This document shows, in pieces, positions 53,221-62,337 of a stretch of DNA of 64,000 bases; positions within the stretch are counted from its first letter, which is position 1, and every line of letters starts with the position of its first letter. A program made the translations under genes and the position numbers. The notes below the pieces were generated by a model that saw only the letters and a program-made list of their open reading frames with translations, ran no database searches and had not been told where the DNA came from. The DNA is taken from sequence record NC_061443.1; one strand, given 5' to 3'.

Positions 53221-55083
53221 TTAGGAGGCGATAGGGTCTTTGTTGACAGGGTAATCTTCCACCATGTCGTACACGCGATTGAACAACTTAGGCGTCATAT
53301 CTTTCACATGTTCGGCGTAGTCAAAGAGGTTCTGTTTACGCGCACGGTTCACACGGACCTGACGTACTTCATCTGGACTGTTGGTGATATCGTACAGCGT
53401 ATAGATAACGATGTTGTCAGAAGCGTTATGCGTACTCACACGGACAACCAACCAGTCACGTTTGAGTTTAGCATCTGCCTTGAACTGCAACACATCACCT
53501 TCTTCTGCCTCTTCGGCGCGAGCGCTCGGAGTAGATTGGTTAGCAGCCGCAATCTTCTTGGCAGTTTCGTTGGCTTCCTGTTCAGCCGCAGCAACGTCAG
53601 AGTCTTGGTCTTCGTCAGCACCAGCTTCATCTACTGCGTCAGTAGCATCTGCCTCTGAGTCATCGTCAGCCGATTCGTCATCTTCGCTTCCGTCACCTTC
53701 TGAATCAGCTCCTTCGTCGTCAGCATCCTCATCAGCCACGGATTCATCGTCGCTTCCATCGGATTCATCATCCCCATCTGATTCATCATCAGTGTCTGAA
53801 TCGCTATCGTCAGGATCTTCTTCTGCATCCGTTTCTTCCTCTTCTTCGCCGTCTGAGGAGTCTTCTTCCTCTTCTTCTGGCGGGGCTTCGGCAGGCTTCT
53901 TACCTTTCTTCGCACGTACCTTAGACGGCGCAACATCTTCTTCGTCGTCTTCTGGTTCGTCGATATCAGACAGGTCAAGCGCAGGCTCGTCGTGGTCTTG
54001 CGAATCATCGCCTCCAAACAAGTTGCCGATGGAGTCTTCGATGTTAAACATGTCACCCGCGAACGGACTACGCGATAGGACGTCTTCGAGTTTCTGCTCG
54101 TCAAAGTCCAAATCAACTTCTACTTCTTCAATCGCATCGTCCAGTTCTTCGTGCTCGATAACACGCACACGCTTACCACGTTTGTCGATCCCATCAGAAT
54201 AGACAGTACGGACTTCGGCCTTAGGAGCTTCAATCTCACCGCGCTTAACCTTGTTGCGAAGATCACGCATCTCAGCAGAGCGTTCCGCAGCAGTCTTACG
54301 CGCCTGCTTCTGGAGCTCTTTGCGTTGTTGCTTCTGCTCCAGGATTTTAGCGTTGTTGGCGAGGCGTACTGATTCTTCCTCTTCCAACTGCGAACGCTTG
54401 CGACGTCGGCGCACTTGCTTGCGATACGCTTTGACCGTATCGACGTCAACTTCACCCTTAGGCCAATCATTGAAAGGCAGGATGTTAGTGTCGTGGACAA
54501 GCAGGTCGTACTGCGCATCATCAATTTTGACATACAGTCCTTCGGTATTGATGACAATGCCACCTTTACCTTGACGCAAGAAACGTACACCAATCATGTC
54601 GTTCTTGTAGAGCTTGAGCATACCCTTAGATGTTTTCACAGGGTATTCCATGCTCGGAACCATACGCCACTGGTAGTTATCGAAGTTGATACCGTTCACA
54701 GCCTCAGCCTTCACAGACTTAGGAGCGAAACGGGCAGCATCGAACTGCACACGATTAAGCTGGCGTTGCAGCGTTTGAGCACCAGCAGTCTTCGTGCGTG
54801 AATCACGTTGAACAACATCAGGCACTTTGCGCAGCTTTGAACTACGCTCCATCAGGAACAGACCAGTAGTCTTATCCAGAGGGAAATCAACGTGAGGCAT
54901 GTCAGCAAAGATAAGCGTGTAGCGTCCGCCATTGCGCAGCGGGAGAATGCCGAAAGTATCTCCTTCACGAATCATACGTTTATGAGTTCGTTGAGATACT
55001 TCTTTTCCGCGTGAACCTTTGTACTTCATCCACGCGTACTTCGTTACTGCATCTTCGTGAGATGCGGACACGGAAAGTATCAT
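53221..55083 (-). CDS. hypothetical protein with two copies of the shared domain, coiled coil and long acidic tract (candidate internal head protein)
   Basis: Starts MILSVSASH at ATG 55083 (track start is 55110); D/E-rich region about 53560-54130. Confidence 0.7.
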   Translation of the reverse strand: MILSVSASHEDAVTKYAWMKYKGSRGKEVSQRTHKRMIREGDTFGILPLRNGGRYTLIFADMPHVDFPLDKTTGLFLMERSSKLRKVPDVVQRDSRTKTAGAQTLQRQLNRVQFDAARFAPKSVKAEAVNGINFDNYQWRMVPSMEYPVKTSKGMLKLYKNDMIGVRFLRQGKGGIVINTEGLYVKIDDAQYDLLVHDTNILPFNDWPKGEVDVDTVKAYRKQVRRRRKRSQLEEEESVRLANNAKILEQKQQRKELQKQARKTAAERSAEMRDLRNKVKRGEIEAPKAEVRTVYSDGIDKRGKRVRVIEHEELDDAIEEVEVDLDFDEQKLEDVLSRSPFAGDMFNIEDSIGNLFGGDDSQDHDEPALDLSDIDEPEDDEEDVAPSKVRAKKGKKPAEAPPEEEEEDSSDGEEEEETDAEEDPDDSDSDTDDESDGDDESDGSDDESVADEDADDEGADSEGDGSEDDESADDDSEADATDAVDEAGADEDQDSDVAAAEQEANETAKKIAAANQSTPSARAEEAEEGDVLQFKADAKLKRDWLVVRVSTHNASDNIVIYTLYDITNSPDEVRQVRVNRARKQNLFDYAEHVKDMTPKLFNRVYDMVEDYPVNKDPIAS

Positions 55084-55116
55084 GTTATTGTCTCTATGTT
55101 GTACTGTCACTCGTTG

Positions 55117-55124
55117 AAATTAGC
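55117..55124 (-). promoter_or_regulatory. GCTAATTT motif, putative late promoter
   Basis: Between a terminator-like hairpin and ATG 55083 (34 nt upstream). Confidence 0.5.
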
Positions 55125-55134
55125 TTACTCAAGG

Positions 55135-55159
55135 TAAAGCGGGGATTAACCCCCGCTTA
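55135..55159 (-). terminator. hairpin, probable terminator
   Basis: AAGCGGGG-GTTAAT-CCCCGCTT followed by TAC, overlapping the stop of 55146..59285. Confidence 0.55.
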
Positions 55160-58100
55160 AATATCCTCTTGCAGCGCATGACATAGAGCCACAAGATTCC
55201 TCGCACACGGTGATTTGTGCCCACGTCCAGTAACCATTAGGCTGCTGGATAGCATACACAACGGACGGGTCGAAGCCCCAGATCTGCGTAGCGTTTTGAA
55301 GCGCCAGCAATTCTGTTTCGAAATAACCTTCTTCGAGTGGCTTGTCAATCGAACCATGATTTGGCTCAACAGACCACATCTCAACCACAGGTGCAACAAC
55401 GGCATATGCTTTGTTGTTGTCTGTCTTACGAGACTTCCTGATCTCGACTGCGATAGGAGCACGATAAGCAGGAGCACCTGCGGCACGGGCAACAGGAATG
55501 GTCTTCGCCGTGACTACCTGACGAATACCTAACTCCTCTGTCTTCGCTGTCTGAGAACTCTCTATGAACTTACCGCGAATCAAGCTTAGGTACACAGCAG
55601 GAGTCTTAGCGCCGATAGGACTATGAGGCACAACAGGGGCAGCAATCAGCTTGAGTTGTTCGAACACACCCGGCGCAGGACTCACAGGGTACTTAACAAG
55701 ATGTTCCATACGCAGTGGCGTAGATGGTTCATAATGATAAATCTGCGAAGGCTTCAACCAACGAGTAAACGGAATCTCAGGCATGAACAGCACAACAGGA
55801 TGGTAGTCTGGATCGACATACTTCGCTGGGGCTGCACCTACTTTGTATGTCACACTGACAGGACGCCATAGTGGACGGGCCCAGCCAACATGATACACCG
55901 CAGATGGTTCAACGTACTGACCTTCTGACATTTTCTGAGGGAACACACCACCTTGATTAGCGTGACGAGCCTCAGTGCTTCCCTGTTGGAACAGGCCACC
56001 CGCGTCTACTTTCTTAGGCGCAAGAGCGTCCGCAGGGTAGATGCCTTTAGTGTCCGTAAACTTAGGCAGTATCTGGTCAGACTTCGCTTCGATGGTTGTA
56101 CGATACACAGGGTCTCGAAGATCGAAATACTGCGGCGCATCATCCATATGCTCTACGAAGTTATTAATGAACGTGCCATTAACCGTAGTCACATCTGTGG
56201 CGAAGTTCGGCCAGAACCAATCAGAGACAACATCCGCACCCACAATAGACTCAAACAGTGGGAACTCAGCAGCAGTGTCGTGTTGGCCTTGCGTAAGTTC
56301 AAACAGAGGGAAGGTGTCAGTTGCTGCGCCTTCGTTTGTTCCGATAAAGGCAGGCAGGGGCGTAACGGTGATAACGTCCTTCTGGCCCTCAGTCAGTTCA
56401 AACAATGCGAAGCGGTCATAGATGATATCAGACCTGTCAATCAGATCGGCCATGCGGAAGTTATCCACAAAGTCCTTATGGCCTGTATCGAAGTCGTTAC
56501 CGTTAATGACCTGCACAACGTTACGGTCGCCAGTAGCAATAACTCGATCAACAGCAGACGCAGTGTGCGTCACGGCGTCTTCAAAGTCAAGCCACTGTAG
56601 CTGAACGTCAAGCTCAGGGTCATATACTGGGGTTAGTACGATGTTCTGGTCAGAGGCAGCCACGTATGTCTTAGCAGTAAACACAGCCACAGCGTCGGTG
56701 GTCGCATCCAGATACGATACGTCGAACAACTGCACGGAGTCGGTGCCGTACGCGGTGTACGTAGGGTCAACCGTCATGTCATACAGCCAGCCGACTTTCG
56801 CATTACCGAACTGCAACGTGTGCGGTTGATTGTGCGAAGGAAGGCCGTAGATCTTGAGCATCGTGTCAGCGCACTCGAACGGACCGACTGTCAGGCCTTG
56901 CTCTTTATACACACCACGACTATCAAGCTCTTGTTCAACACGCACACCATCAATGTCCAGCAACATGCCTGCAGGAATAGTGAAGTACGTCCAGAAGTTA
57001 TCTGGGATGTTGTCGATGAAGAACGTACCGCTATCTCCCATGACATAACGTTCAGCACGTTTAGTCGTAGGCACTGTACCCAGCCACTGCTTGTCTGCCC
57101 ACACGTACCACTCGTATGTATACTGCTCCGAGCGGAACTTAACAGCGTACTGCTTGTTCTCGGTAGGCGTGAACTTAATGCTGGTGGTTGCGTTAACAGC
57201 CAAAGTAATCGTCTGCGTACCGTTAGAGAACACGGCATCGGTATCAGTGATAGTCAGTACGAGCGGAATGGTGCCTGTGTTCTTCAACACATCTGACTGC
57301 ACTTGCTTACCGATAGGCACGTATGCCCAGTGACGACCTACGTCCAACTGCGCTTCGACGATAGTGAACACGCTAAAGTGTGATGTACCCTGACCGACGT
57401 CTACGTCAATGCCGGACGTGTCGTTCTCATGCAGAATTTCAAAGCCGAGCTTCTGATTGTTGCGAATGAGCACAGGCATTGCTGTCTCTACACCATCCAC
57501 ATAAATCTTAACGCGACTATAATCCTCTACACCGTCCACCAGCACACTTACGGGAACAGCAACGTTAATGCCACTGATCGTAACGTCTTCGGTGCGGTTC
57601 CAAGTATCGTTATCAACACCCAGAATGTTCTGCCACGAGAAAGCGTTAGGTGTGTCGTCTGCTTTCATCTCAAACTGATAGACAGTGTGACCGATAGCAA
57701 CAGGGAACGACGAGCTGGTGATGTACGCATGGCTCAACGTGATAGTAACTTCCTGCCCGTCATATACCTTAGTAACAGGCACAGTCGTGACAGTAGTAAC
57801 CTCTTTACCATCTACGATATCGATCGTGGTGACGTCAATCGTTGCAGACACAGTAACGCCTGCAGGTGCAGTGATAGGCAGAGGGATATCAGGGTCGCCG
57901 GCATCAACAAGCACTTTGAATTTAACACTCGGTCCGAGTTCTGTACTGGACAGGTCAGGCCATACGATATCGTAGTTACGAATCGCTAAGTGCTTCAAGC
58001 CTGTAGTCGGACGCGCAACGTAATAGAACAGACGGTCATACGTGTCGGCTTGCGTGTACGGAGGAGTAATCAGTTCGATGTACGGCCAGTTCGAGCGCGT

Positions 58101-59285
58101 CTGCGTAGGTGTTTCAGCAGATGCAAAGTTGAACAGAGCGTTACTGCCGTTCGTGTCCATACCAGCAACGAGCTTACCACCTTTGTCAGTCCATGCAGCA
58201 GTCGTGTTGAATACCACGAGGTCGTTTGCCACAAGAGGACGCGCTGCAACGTTCTGTACGTTGTCACGGAGGTTGAACTGATAGACGTTTGTACCATCGT
58301 GACCCATCACCAACAGTGAGCTTGGGATGAACTGGTACCAGAAGACAGACGCAGGAGCAGCGGCAGTGTTACCACCCACCAGCTTACCGTCCAGAGTTGA
58401 CAGCACATCGTAACTGTCTGAGCCGTTAACATAGAACTGGTCGGACTTGACCGAAGTCTCTACGAAACTCGCATTGAGATAGTGCGCACGGCCGTCTTTG
58501 TCGAAAGCCACGTAGCTATCAACGGTGTTTGTGCCAACGCCAGCACGACGACAGATAACGCGATTGACTTCATAGCCTAATTGCTTAGGTTCACCGAACT
58601 GCGTCATCGCTTCGTCGAGTACATCAACCTGACCAGACGTGTGGAAGACTACGGCGCTGCGTTTATTGTTTGTGTCGTAACTGACTTTATAGCCAGCGAT
58701 ATCAACGTCTTCCATGCCACCGAAGATTGTCGTGTTAGAAGCATCACCATCAGTGTGAAGGTAATACATCGCACGACTCTGGCGATCATAGACGATTGAG
58801 ATAGGCTTGGTTAAATCAAAGAACGTGCTATCAAAGTCCGAGAACTTCGCTACACTACTTTGCTGCATGTCCTGAGTAGTAGGGATGCGTACACCGCCAC
58901 CGAGAACAAGACCACCATAGGTAGGATTGAGTGCAGCGCCCAGAGGCATTGCGTCCATACCTTTTGTGACAAGACGATAGTCCAGCTCTTTCGTTTGAGG
59001 ACGAATGAAGATGCGAGACAGCGAATGCACAAGCACCCACAGGTCACCGTCAAGATAATACAGCAGAACAGGTTGCGTAGCGGCGGCTGAGACTGTGACA
59101 GTAGCCATGAGACTAACATCATAGTCAGAACCAGAACTCGGCGTGATATCTTTCTCTGTAGAAGCATCAGCAAATGTACCGCCAACAACACGGAACTTGA
59201 GGACGTCAGTATGGCCCAGAGCTGTTACGCTACCTGACCAAGACTGCGCACCTGTCGCTGATACAACAGGAATCATTTCAGCCAT
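55146..59285 (-). CDS. large virion structural protein (tail/fibre-associated)
   Basis: 1379 aa; beta-propeller-like N-terminal region, DDTPNAFSW...V.ISGIN module, Pro-rich C-terminal region. Confidence 0.65.
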   Translation of the reverse strand: MAEMIPVVSATGAQSWSGSVTALGHTDVLKFRVVGGTFADASTEKDITPSSGSDYDVSLMATVTVSAAATQPVLLYYLDGDLWVLVHSLSRIFIRPQTKELDYRLVTKGMDAMPLGAALNPTYGGLVLGGGVRIPTTQDMQQSSVAKFSDFDSTFFDLTKPISIVYDRQSRAMYYLHTDGDASNTTIFGGMEDVDIAGYKVSYDTNNKRSAVVFHTSGQVDVLDEAMTQFGEPKQLGYEVNRVICRRAGVGTNTVDSYVAFDKDGRAHYLNASFVETSVKSDQFYVNGSDSYDVLSTLDGKLVGGNTAAAPASVFWYQFIPSSLLVMGHDGTNVYQFNLRDNVQNVAARPLVANDLVVFNTTAAWTDKGGKLVAGMDTNGSNALFNFASAETPTQTRSNWPYIELITPPYTQADTYDRLFYYVARPTTGLKHLAIRNYDIVWPDLSSTELGPSVKFKVLVDAGDPDIPLPITAPAGVTVSATIDVTTIDIVDGKEVTTVTTVPVTKVYDGQEVTITLSHAYITSSSFPVAIGHTVYQFEMKADDTPNAFSWQNILGVDNDTWNRTEDVTISGINVAVPVSVLVDGVEDYSRVKIYVDGVETAMPVLIRNNQKLGFEILHENDTSGIDVDVGQGTSHFSVFTIVEAQLDVGRHWAYVPIGKQVQSDVLKNTGTIPLVLTITDTDAVFSNGTQTITLAVNATTSIKFTPTENKQYAVKFRSEQYTYEWYVWADKQWLGTVPTTKRAERYVMGDSGTFFIDNIPDNFWTYFTIPAGMLLDIDGVRVEQELDSRGVYKEQGLTVGPFECADTMLKIYGLPSHNQPHTLQFGNAKVGWLYDMTVDPTYTAYGTDSVQLFDVSYLDATTDAVAVFTAKTYVAASDQNIVLTPVYDPELDVQLQWLDFEDAVTHTASAVDRVIATGDRNVVQVINGNDFDTGHKDFVDNFRMADLIDRSDIIYDRFALFELTEGQKDVITVTPLPAFIGTNEGAATDTFPLFELTQGQHDTAAEFPLFESIVGADVVSDWFWPNFATDVTTVNGTFINNFVEHMDDAPQYFDLRDPVYRTTIEAKSDQILPKFTDTKGIYPADALAPKKVDAGGLFQQGSTEARHANQGGVFPQKMSEGQYVEPSAVYHVGWARPLWRPVSVTYKVGAAPAKYVDPDYHPVVLFMPEIPFTRWLKPSQIYHYEPSTPLRMEHLVKYPVSPAPGVFEQLKLIAAPVVPHSPIGAKTPAVYLSLIRGKFIESSQTAKTEELGIRQVVTAKTIPVARAAGAPAYRAPIAVEIRKSRKTDNNKAYAVVAPVVEMWSVEPNHGSIDKPLEEGYFETELLALQNATQIWGFDPSVVYAIQQPNGYWTWAQITVCEESCGSMSCAARGYLSGG

Positions 59286-59304
59286 TGTTCACCTCACGAT
59301 GTAG

Positions 59305-59333
59305 AAACGAAAAAGGGCGGCCGAAGCCACCCT
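59305..59333 (-). terminator. intrinsic terminator
   Basis: GGGTGGC-TTCG-GCCGCCC followed by TTTTTCGTTT. Confidence 0.75.
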
Positions 59334-59346
59334 GTGAGGAATAGGC

Positions 59347-60528
59347 TTAGCCGCCTGATACTTCTGGTGCTTTGTAGCCCTGCAGGAAGAAGATACGCAT
59401 ACCGGTGTTGTTCGGACTGTTAGCAGTCAGAGCTTTGTAGGTACGTTTCTTCGCAGTGGTATTGTCGTCTTCTGTCTCGTTGTACACCTGCACGTCGATC
59501 AGGGTGCCGTTGGAGATAACATCAGAAGACGCATAACCCACGATATCCATTTCGTACGGATAGCTGTAGCGCTGGGTGTTGAAGCCCGCAGGCAGACGGA
59601 AGTCGAAGTGGTTGTCTTCGGAGAACGGAACCATCTGGTACGGGTTGATAACTGCGTAGCTATCAGCGCTGTGTACGTGAGCTGGAACAGGCAGAGTTGG
59701 TGCGTTCACATCAGCTTCGCGTACAGTGTAGCGCATAATCTGGAAGCTACCCGGGCTGTTGGTTGCCGGACGAACTTCGAGATCGTTGTTCATGGAGCCG
59801 CCTCCGTTAACTGAGAACATACAGAACAGAGGTGCTTTACCATCAACAACCACAGTACCATCAGAGTTGATAGCGCGTTGCACTACCAGCCACGCACCAC
59901 GACAGCCGTCAGAATCGCGACCTTCAATCGCAATATGCAGAGCAAAGCCGTGCTCAGTCAGAGAGATGTGGTAAGTGAATGGAGATGCTTCCGGGTCAGC
60001 CCAAATCAGGCTGTCTGGGTTCTGCTGACCAGCAGTAGCATTTGTGGCGTTGGTTGGGTACGCCATTGTACCACCGTAGTAAACAGCGCCGTTGGTGTTA
60101 GCAATACCGCGATGCCAGAAGCATACATCGTAATCGCCAGTAGTACCACCAGTGTTACCGTTAAAACGAGCGCCTACCTGACCGGCATACTCTGCGAGAG
60201 AAGTACCGCCAATAGTAACAGTACCAGTCTTAGCGATGGTGCCTGTGTCAGAGATCTGCTCAGGAGCAGCAACGTACAGGTTAGTACGCTTGTCTGTGAC
60301 TTTACAGGCTACACGCCAGCGTTGCTTGCCCGCACCAGTGCCTGCCAGGGGATCGATAGTAGCAGTCGCTTCAACAACGAACGCAGTCAGGTCCGTAGAA
60401 GGAATAGTCGAAGCGATAGTGCCGTTAACACTCACCAGCTGGAAACCATTATCCACCAAGTCCTGCAGGATAGATTTCCACATCTTGATGTTGCTGGTGA
60501 ATCCGGATTTTACAATCAGTTTGTTCAT
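59347..60528 (-). CDS. virion structural protein (paralog A), probably abundant
   Basis: 393 aa; strongly biased codon usage; shares motifs with 60548..61534 along its length. Confidence 0.65.
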   Translation of the reverse strand: MNKLIVKSGFTSNIKMWKSILQDLVDNGFQLVSVNGTIASTIPSTDLTAFVVEATATIDPLAGTGAGKQRWRVACKVTDKRTNLYVAAPEQISDTGTIAKTGTVTIGGTSLAEYAGQVGARFNGNTGGTTGDYDVCFWHRGIANTNGAVYYGGTMAYPTNATNATAGQQNPDSLIWADPEASPFTYHISLTEHGFALHIAIEGRDSDGCRGAWLVVQRAINSDGTVVVDGKAPLFCMFSVNGGGSMNNDLEVRPATNSPGSFQIMRYTVREADVNAPTLPVPAHVHSADSYAVINPYQMVPFSEDNHFDFRLPAGFNTQRYSYPYEMDIVGYASSDVISNGTLIDVQVYNETEDDNTTAKKRTYKALTANSPNNTGMRIFFLQGYKAPEVSGG

Positions 60529-60547
60529 GAGTCGTTATCCCTTAAGA

Positions 60548-61534
60548 TTAAGCCGCATCACCAGTGCCGATAGGAAGCATCAAACGCATACCACGGTTGT
60601 CTTTACCGTTAGCGTTCATGCCCAGATACTTGGTTTTGTTGGTCTGTTTCAGAGGATTCAACTGAACTTCTGAACCAGCAGACAGAACGTCGGCAGAAGT
60701 ATAGCCCAGCATATCCAGTGTGGCGAAGTACACATAGCGCTGGGTGTTGATCATCTGAGGGAACAGTACGATAGCACGGTTACCTTCGGCAATCATAACC
60801 TGCTGGAGCGGGTTAATGATTGGAGCTGCGTCAGGGCTCGCCTGTACAGCAGACAGAGGAACAGTTGCAGAGTAGATGCCAGCTTCGATAACAGTGAAGC
60901 GCTGAATTGCTTCAGGCTTGATTGTATCTGGGTCGCCAGCCAGACCGCCACCACATGAGAAGATACAGAATAGAGGGCTGTGATCGCCGGGCTTAGTATC
61001 ACCGGTCTGTACGCCACGCTGTGCAACGAACCAACTGAACGCTGTGCCCGTGTTGTCGAAGCCTTCTGCATTGATGTGCAGTGCGATACCGTGATCTGTG
61101 GTGATGAAGTCATAGGTCAGCGGGTATGCAGCCAGGTCAGCAGTAGCGTCCATCTTCCAGTCAGCAACCAGATCGATAAAGCTACTTGCAATCAGACCAC
61201 CTTTAGCCAGACGGCCAATCTCCACAGTAGCAGAACGCTTAGCCGCAGAGTAGTCCGTTTCACTTACCTGCAGGTCAGGCAGCACGTTGATCGCCAGAGT
61301 TTTAGCAGTGTTGTCAGCTTTGAGGATGATACCCCATTGCTGATTGTCGAACAGTGGGTCAACTGCATCAGATGCCAACAGGTAGAATGCTTTACCGTCC
61401 GGTTTAATCTGAGTTCCAGCGACACCATCGACTGCGACGAGTTCAAAACCCGCAGCAACCATTTTTGCCACCAGATCACGGGTCAGAGCTTCCAGACCAA
61501 TAATCTTAGTGGCTGTTACACGTTGAATAGCCAT
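60548..61534 (-). CDS. virion structural protein (paralog B)
   Basis: 328 aa; DLVA...GF.LVAVDG, DPL, THG.ALHI..EG.D, W.V.QR, PLFC.FS..GG shared with paralog A. Confidence 0.65.
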   Translation of the reverse strand: MAIQRVTATKIIGLEALTRDLVAKMVAAGFELVAVDGVAGTQIKPDGKAFYLLASDAVDPLFDNQQWGIILKADNTAKTLAINVLPDLQVSETDYSAAKRSATVEIGRLAKGGLIASSFIDLVADWKMDATADLAAYPLTYDFITTDHGIALHINAEGFDNTGTAFSWFVAQRGVQTGDTKPGDHSPLFCIFSCGGGLAGDPDTIKPEAIQRFTVIEAGIYSATVPLSAVQASPDAAPIINPLQQVMIAEGNRAIVLFPQMINTQRYVYFATLDMLGYTSADVLSAGSEVQLNPLKQTNKTKYLGMNANGKDNRGMRLMLPIGTGDAA

Positions 61535-61541
61535 ATGTTAA

Positions 61542-62327
61542 TCACTCCATTACCAGATAGGTTACAGTGAGTTTCGGTTTCGATGGTGATGTACCGATAT
61601 TCTTCATACGCCACGAAATCGTAGGCGAGTTGTCTTTGTTGGACAAGAAGCTATATCGACGCAGCTTACGAATAACAGGATTACCCTCGCTATCCACATC
61701 TGTGAACACGCCATCATCTTCGAGGAAATTAGCAGTGGAGCGGAATAAATACGGGTTTCTGTCATCTCGTTGTGCGGTAGGGAACGCAGAGAGTTCCACG
61801 TCAAACGCATTGAGTTGGACAGACAGCAACATCACCGTACGGTTCATCTGCAAGTCAAAGTCAACCTGCTGTCCCGGAGTGATGTAGGCAGGAGATTCAT
61901 ACTCCACCGTCTTACGCACACCTGCACTTTCATTGCCACTCAAGTCAGCCCAGAACATCGTACCGTTAGCACCAGACACTAGGGTCATACCCGCGTATTC
62001 AGGTTCAGGCACTTGCTTACTTGGGTCGAGGCCTACAACAGTCAGACCTGTTTCATCCACAGCGGTGACGAATGGCGATTCGAACTTATACTCCGAGCCA
62101 CCAAACTTCGCTTCTTCCCACGTCACGTTGTCAGCACCAAGTTGATACATCTTCTTGGTCTCGGTGACGTAACACAACATCCCAGGCTTTTTATTACCTA
62201 CGGACATTGCATCACGTAACGCGAGTGTAGCAAGACAACGCATACCCCCACGAAGATATACGTCTTCGAGGAGGTATGGAAGCGCTGCGGATGCTGGCAA
62301 CAGGAACGAAGTCATGTATACCGGCAT
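61542..62327 (-). CDS. fibre-associated structural protein
   Basis: N-terminal LRGGMRCLATLALRDAM...GMLCYVTETKKMYQL module of a type common at fibre N-termini. Confidence 0.55.
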   Translation of the reverse strand: MPVYMTSFLLPASAALPYLLEDVYLRGGMRCLATLALRDAMSVGNKKPGMLCYVTETKKMYQLGADNVTWEEAKFGGSEYKFESPFVTAVDETGLTVVGLDPSKQVPEPEYAGMTLVSGANGTMFWADLSGNESAGVRKTVEYESPAYITPGQQVDFDLQMNRTVMLLSVQLNAFDVELSAFPTAQRDDRNPYLFRSTANFLEDDGVFTDVDSEGNPVIRKLRRYSFLSNKDNSPTISWRMKNIGTSPSKPKLTVTYLVME

Positions 62328-62337
62328 CTCTTTCTCC

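Noticed and set aside
53411-54202. 263-aa Ser-rich plus-strand ORF
   Set aside because: Antisense shadow of the acidic tract in 53221..55083.
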